Source of the DNA: Torpedo marmorata
Taxonomy: Eukaryota
Assembly (NCBI GenBank): GCA_977017645.1
Contig: OZ360246.1
Span: 14,446,001 to 14,510,000, forward strand
Length of the DNA: 64,000 nt
Direction of reading: 5' to 3'
Of the stretch, positions 61,886-64,000 are shown piece after piece. The notes under the pieces are model-generated. The model worked only from the letters and a program-made list of their open reading frames with translations. It was not told the DNA's origin and did no database searches. The position numbers were made by a program, and so were the translations under genes. Position 1 is the first letter of the stretch. Each line of letters opens with the position of its first letter.

Positions 61886-63675
61886 AATTGACTCAAATTC
61901 AGAGCCGAGGATTGACATCCCTTCAGGCTGTTTCTCATGAGACATCTGTTCACAGAATTATATGGCACAGGGACCATTTGATCCACTGTGTCCATGCCAG
62001 CACTTTTGTCTGACTCATTACAGTTCCCTACTCTTTTCCCAAAATCCTGCAATTTGTTTTCCTTTTTTAAATAAATAAATGAAGAAACGTTGTCTTTCCA
62101 TTGATACTCAAAACCTATGAATAAGACCATATCCTCCAAGGTGTTCCCATCTGTTAGGATGAGGAAAGAAAGCTACTTGCTTTCCAACAGTCAGCACAAA
62201 ACCATTGCAAAACTAGTTCAGGAGCTCAATGTTTACTATTATAGCTTAAAATTAGCAGGTTTCAACCTTGCAGGAGCATTCAAGTTCAATATTAGAGATT
62301 CATTATTCTACAGCATATATATTCCAGATGAGGTTGCGATTAAAATGTGAACTCACCCTGGATTGGAATATTATTGTGAGCCTTATTAAACACCTAATTT
62401 AATTATCCTTTGCCTTATGATCAGTGGCTCTCACTATGGTGTGCTGTATGTCACCAGCCAGTTTGATTATGGTGTACCTTAGATTTGGACCTATTTAGTT
62501 ATATTAGTATAATACATGTCTCCTCCAAAGACTGCAGGAGCTTCAGACCTATCATTCTGAAAAGAACAAATGTAAAAGAAATTTCAACAGCTTTATTCCA
62601 ACATCCTGGATTAACACTGCCCATAGGAAACAGAGAGAGAATTAACATGCAACCCTCTGTTCAACATGAAAACAATAAACAAAATCTAAAATATAACAGA
62701 GGACAATCCATGGATTAATGGGAGGAGACCAAAATATGGAGCTGGGTGATCTAACCTTGTTATCAAACTATGGCATTCAGCGTGATGTCAAGAAGAGCAT
62801 CAGAGTAGTAGAAATCTACACTCAATGTTCAAAGAAATGTCTCATAAGGTCTTGTTAAGATAGGATATGAAGAGTTATGGAATCAAGATGGCTAAATAAA
62901 GTTAAGATACAGATCAGAATGATCTAAGAGAATGACAGAACAGTGGAGCATAATGACTTTCTCCCATCCTGTCATTTTATTATGTTCCCATGACTAGTGC
63001 TCACAATAAAAAGATTGCCAAGCTGATTAGCAGTCAAAGCCATGAAATATTATCCAACTCCTCTAGATTTCCTTCAGTTCAGTCTTCCCTTTGATTTAAA
63101 ATTCTGAAGCCTAGTCTTTTGCTAATTTTCCTTCCCCTTAGATTATCACACCCAGCAAGATAAAATTGTAACATCAAAAGTACAAATCCAACATGTGGAC
63201 CAAACAGGTATGTTAAAGATCTACTCACCATATTGACAACGAGGTCCCTGAAAGCCTTGTGGGCACTGGCATAGCTGTGATGTTCCCTCAATGCATTTAC
63301 CACCATTAAAACACACTCCAGTACTGCAAATGGCTGTAACAGAAAGATAGAAAGATTTACTTTAAGAAAACATTGCAAATACAACCACCCCTTGTTTCAA
63401 TTGCACAGCCTAGAATTGACCCAGGCAGCCTTTCTTTGCTCCCCATCCCTTCCTGCTACAACTGTTACACTTGGTTCCCAAGCTCATCAAGATGAAGGGT
63501 TCCAACTCGAAACATCGGCCATTTTTTTTCTCCCACTGATACTGCTCGACTCGCTGAGTTCCTCCACCAGATTGTTTTATGTTTCACTCCAGACTGCTTT
63601 GTTTCACCAGGACCTTTTCTTTTGTACCTTCCCACGTCTTGGGTTTCTGATCCTTCCCTTGAAGTCCCTCTTCTC

Positions 63676-63860
63676 AGAATCAGAATTCATTGTCATGAAC
63701 ATGTGTCACGAAATTTGTTGTTTTGCAACATTACAGGTGCAAAAATTGCTAGAAATTACATTTTTTTAAAATAAATAAATTAGTGCAAAAAGAAGAGAAA
63801 AAGTGAGATAGTGTCTGTGGTTCATTGTCCATTCAGAAATCTGATGGCAGAGAGGAAGCC
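63676..63860 (-). mobile_element. Rex1-like LINE 3' tail
   Basis: (CAGAAT)n-TCATTGTCATG tail and CATTCAGAAATCTGATGGC. Confidence 0.55.
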
Positions 63861-63913
63861 ACTGCTTGCCACTGTCATGATTCCTGTTGGTTTCCTTTCC
63901 TGTCCTATTCTTA

Positions 63914-64000
63914 AATTTAAAATTTAAATTTAAACATACAGCACGGTAACAGACCCTTTCGGCCCACGAGCCAGTGCCACCCAATTACACCCAATTAACC
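63914..64000 (-). mobile_element. 3' part of a V-SINE (runs off the window)
   Basis: ACATACAGCACGGTAACAGACCCTTTCGGCCCACGAG. Confidence 0.75.

Overview
Repeat-dense, apparently intergenic or intronic vertebrate DNA, most likely a shark or ray, judged from HE1-like V-SINEs, CR1/HER1 remnants, Rex1/Babar LINEs and Penelope pseudo-LTRs. I found no intact host gene. Large elements: the 3' end and LTR of a Ty3/Gypsy element (1-972); a degenerate, 3'-truncated Ty3/Gypsy element (21361-~25250); a solo LTR (33301-34109); a Penelope-like element nested in a composite hAT MITE (37185-40707); a Rex1/Babar LINE (44705-46935); and a pogo/Passer-type DD35D transposon with an uninterrupted ORF (47560-49480) plus a non-autonomous derivative (19308-20648). 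The main finding is a family of non-autonomous hAT-type elements with CAGTGGCGGAT TIRs and 8-bp TSDs, present twice with different interiors. One copy (49927-51879) carries a genomic fragment of a DMRTA (DM-domain) gene exon with its splice donor. The other (59879-60586) carries a CCAAT/ETS/PBX-rich promoter-like segment. This looks like a Pack-type gene-fragment capture system. Other notable items: a Gypsy element whose PBS position is complementary to its own poly(A) signal; hammerhead-like Penelope pLTR mini-elements with 12-14 bp TSDs; and modular SINE-like elements (one 5S-derived) sharing a 3' stem-loop tail. All calls come from reading the sequence by eye; no database searches were run.
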